Source: an uncultured Halobacteriales archaeon
Lineage (GTDB): Archaea; Halobacteriota; Halobacteria; Halobacteriales; Hikarchaeaceae
Assembly: GCA_964431395.1 (NCBI GenBank)
Contig: CAYSJP010000003.1
Location: 1-28,495, forward strand
Direction of reading: 5' to 3'
Length of the DNA stretch: 28,495 nucleotides
Part shown: positions 26,426 through 28,495 of the stretch, piece after piece
Layout: each line of letters starts with the position of its first letter
Position numbering within the stretch: the first letter of the stretch is position 1
Position numbers and translations under genes: made by a program
Notes under the pieces: model-generated
The model's input: the letters and a program-made list of their open reading frames with translations, nothing else
What the model was told of the DNA's origin: nothing
Database searches by the model: none

Positions 26426-27529
26426 TCAGAAATCCGAGGGGGGGTCGGCCCCGGCGTCCCGACCGTCCGTGCTCGCCTCGATCCCGCTCCCCTCGACCGG
26501 CTCGTGGACGGCCCGATAGCCCCCCGCGACGCCGTCGACGTCTTTCACCACGTGAAACCGGATGCCTTTCTCCTGTTTCGTGGTCACGGGGAACGCGTAG
26601 TTGTCGGCCTCGTACGCGAAGTCGTCGCCGGATTCGCGCGTCTCTTCGACGAACGCCCGGTGGTCTTCCAGGCGCGTCCGGATCACGGTCTCGGAGAGGT
26701 CCGGCGCTTCCGACACCCGGTCGTCGAAGACGCGCGTGAACTCCTCGCGGAGTTCGTAGCCGACGGAGTTCCGCCCGGCGACCAGCGCAGCCAGCGAGGT
26801 CGTCCCCGTGCCCCAGAAGGGATCGAGGACGGTGTCGCCGTAGACGCTGTACATGTTGATCAGGCGGTAGGGTATCTCGAAGGGGTACGCCGCCGAGCGG
26901 TCCCGCAGGTCCCCGTCGTCGAGTGACTGCAGGTCGCCCGTGATCCCCGTCCACACGTCGGAGAACCACCGGTTGCGCTCCTCCCAGAAGTAGGCCGCGC
27001 CGTACCTGCGCTCGGCCCCGGGTTCGAAGCTCCGTGACCGCGTCCCGTTCCGGAACACCAGAACGTACTCGTGTTCCAGCGTGACGTAGGCGTTCGGCGG
27101 GAGCATCCCGGAACCCATGAACTTCGCCGCCGAATTGACCGGCTTCCGCCAGAGTATCTCCGGGAGGGGCTCGAACCCCCGCTTCGCGAGGGCGTCGACG
27201 ACCCTGGAGTGGTTCTGGTAGACGCGGAAGCTCCCGTCGACCGTCCGGGTCGCGTCCCCGACGTTGATGCACGCCATCCCGCCGTCGACGAGGACGCGCT
27301 TCACCTCCGACCACACCCCGTTCAGCTCCGCGTGCATCAGTTCGAACGCCTCTCGGCCGTCCCCGGCGTCCAGCGCGTCACGTATCGAGGGGTTGAGATC
27401 GGCGAAGGTGTCGTCCCACATCTCGATCATCGGGTACGGGGGCGACGTCACGACCAGCTCGACGGAGTCGTCCTCGACCTCCTCGAGTTGCCGGGCGTCC
27501 CCGACCACGACGCGGTGTTGCGTTTCCAT
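26426..27529 (-). CDS. zim: Orphan beta-class (N4-C/N6-A) DNA methyltransferase, probably the haloarchaeal CTAG methylase Zim
   Basis: Catalytic TSPPY near the N-terminus and SAM-binding DPFWGTGT later (beta order); no adjacent endonuclease; CTAG is scarce in the window; start re-called at ATG 27529. Confidence 0.75.
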   Translation of the reverse strand: METQHRVVVGDARQLEEVEDDSVELVVTSPPYPMIEMWDDTFADLNPSIRDALDAGDGREAFELMHAELNGVWSEVKRVLVDGGMACINVGDATRTVDGSFRVYQNHSRVVDALAKRGFEPLPEILWRKPVNSAAKFMGSGMLPPNAYVTLEHEYVLVFRNGTRSRSFEPGAERRYGAAYFWEERNRWFSDVWTGITGDLQSLDDGDLRDRSAAYPFEIPYRLINMYSVYGDTVLDPFWGTGTTSLAALVAGRNSVGYELREEFTRVFDDRVSEAPDLSETVIRTRLEDHRAFVEETRESGDDFAYEADNYAFPVTTKQEKGIRFHVVKDVDGVAGGYRAVHEPVEGSGIEASTDGRDAGADPPSDF

Positions 27530-27552
27530 TACTGGGTACACTCGGATTCCGC

Positions 27553-27567
27553 TTACTAGTGATTTCG
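27553..27567 (-). promoter_or_regulatory. BRE/TATA of the methyltransferase, containing a CTAG site
   Basis: Minus strand reads CGAAA (-38..-34) TCA CTAGTAAG (-30..-23) relative to ATG 27529, matching leaderless haloarchaeal promoter spacing. Confidence 0.65.
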
Positions 27568-27762
27568 CATGGGGACGCTCGGGGAAATAACACCATTTAT
27601 TTTGTATATAGTCCCGGGCGAACTGCGAGGCTGAGGTCGGGAGTCCAACAGGCCACCAACCCAGCCACGACCGCCCGACGCGTCGTCTCTCTGGTCAGTT
27701 ACTGATGGTACACGCTCCAGTCGCGTAACAGCTACGGAGGGGCGGTTCGGGTCGTCGACAGT

Positions 27763-28194
27763 CTACTGGCGCTCCCACAGCGACTCGATCCGTTCCTCGA
27801 TGCGGTCGATGGCGAGGCGGATCACGTCACGGTGGTCGTTCGGCCACCGAGCGTCCTTCGCGTCCGTGCGGCTGGCGGCCGGCGGCGGATGGAAGTGATC
27901 CCGCGAATTGTGTCTGTTCGGATGGCGATCCAATCGGCACTTCCACGCGCTGTCCTGCCGATCTTCTTGATGGTGGATGTTGAAGTCGTCGTTGCGGTAC
28001 CAGCGGATCTCGAAGCGAGCAGACGTCTCGTCCGGATAGTACTCGTGAGACAGTTCGACCCGGAGGTGCAGTTTCTCCTCCTCGACAATCTCCGCCGACT
28101 CGAAGGTTCGACTGGTGGCAAATCGGGACTGTATCCGCTCCAGTACTGACCGGTCTATCGGCGCGGGACTCGCGCCATCGTCTGCCGGCACCAT
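27763..28194 (-). CDS. Hypothetical protein with R.DRHPN.H..RDHFHPPP motif (putative toxin of a TA-like pair)
   Basis: 143 aa; ATG 2 nt after the upstream stop with GAGG; His-rich motif reminiscent of DUF6516/TumE-like proteins. Confidence 0.6.
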   Translation of the reverse strand: MVPADDGASPAPIDRSVLERIQSRFATSRTFESAEIVEEEKLHLRVELSHEYYPDETSARFEIRWYRNDDFNIHHQEDRQDSAWKCRLDRHPNRHNSRDHFHPPPAASRTDAKDARWPNDHRDVIRLAIDRIEERIESLWERQ

Positions 28195-28196
28195 CC

Positions 28197-28495
28197 TCAG
28201 CTATGCGACGGGGCCGTCGGGCCGGCAGTCTTCCGCCGAGCGCGTTCGTGTAGGCGACGCTCCTCGATGGTGGTGGCCCAGTCACCGAGATCTACGTACA
28301 CGTCGTCGACCTCCTCCGCATCGAATTCGAGGACGTCGACCTCGGCTGGCGAGTCGGTGCCGTACTCCTCACGGTAGGCCTCGACACGGTCGGTTAGTTC
28401 GGACACGCGGGCCTGCAGTTCCTCGACGGTGTTCCCCTGTGCCAGCTCGTTCACCCGCCGCCACTCGAAGTAGTCGTCGTTGCGCTCGTACCTGA
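28197..28495 (-). CDS. C-terminal part of a DUF7342-like HTH/coiled-coil protein (5' end outside the window)
   Basis: Frame is open to the window edge (...RYERNDDYFEWRRVNELAQG...), so the GTG at 28454 is not the true start. Confidence 0.65.
   Translation of the reverse strand, partial: RYERNDDYFEWRRVNELAQGNTVEELQARVSELTDRVEAYREEYGTDSPAEVDVLEFDAEEVDDVYVDLGDWATTIEERRLHERARRKTAGPTAPSHS

Noticed and set aside
26426-28495. Methylase plus downstream genes as a restriction-modification system
   Set aside because: No PD-(D/E)xK, HNH or helicase-type endonuclease is recognisable; the methylase looks like the conserved orphan type.
1-28495. tRNA/rRNA genes, transposases, integrases
   Set aside because: No cloverleaf with a T-loop consensus, no rRNA-like segment, and no DDE, Y1 or tyrosine-recombinase ORF was seen by eye.

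Overview
High-GC haloarchaeal (Halobacteria) chromosomal segment with acidic proteins, Tat lipoproteins and mostly leaderless TATA promoters. Left to right it holds: a MATE exporter; a rhodanese/MBL-fold hydrolase; a ferritin-like protein; two DUF3179-type Tat lipoproteins flanking a Cys-motif membrane protein; elp3; a degenerate S1/OB-DHH (RecJ4-like) protein; small CBS and RDD proteins; a WtpABC/ModABC-type oxyanion ABC transporter; a YIP1 protein; an NADPH-dependent FMN reductase; a small 3-TM protein plus chemotaxis transducer; mutY divergent from an intact RecJ/GAN-like DHH nuclease; a TIM-barrel isomerase; acs; a signal-less BtuF-like protein; a wHTH plus 3-TM pair; an orphan beta-class DNA methyltransferase (probably the CTAG methylase Zim); and a possible toxin-antitoxin-like pair cut by the right edge. 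I saw no rRNA, tRNA, CRISPR array or transposase. The main leads are: (1) one of only 7 CTAG sites found sits at the TATA position of the probable CTAG methylase's own promoter; (2) a shared 3-TM module is coupled once to a chemoreceptor and once to a transcription factor; (3) the DUF3179/Cys-membrane cassette may be an extracellular thiol or metal system; (4) two ~80-nt palindromic intergenic elements and a 3x33-bp tandem repeat upstream of the oxyanion transporter. Family assignments come from motif recognition and recall; no database search was run.
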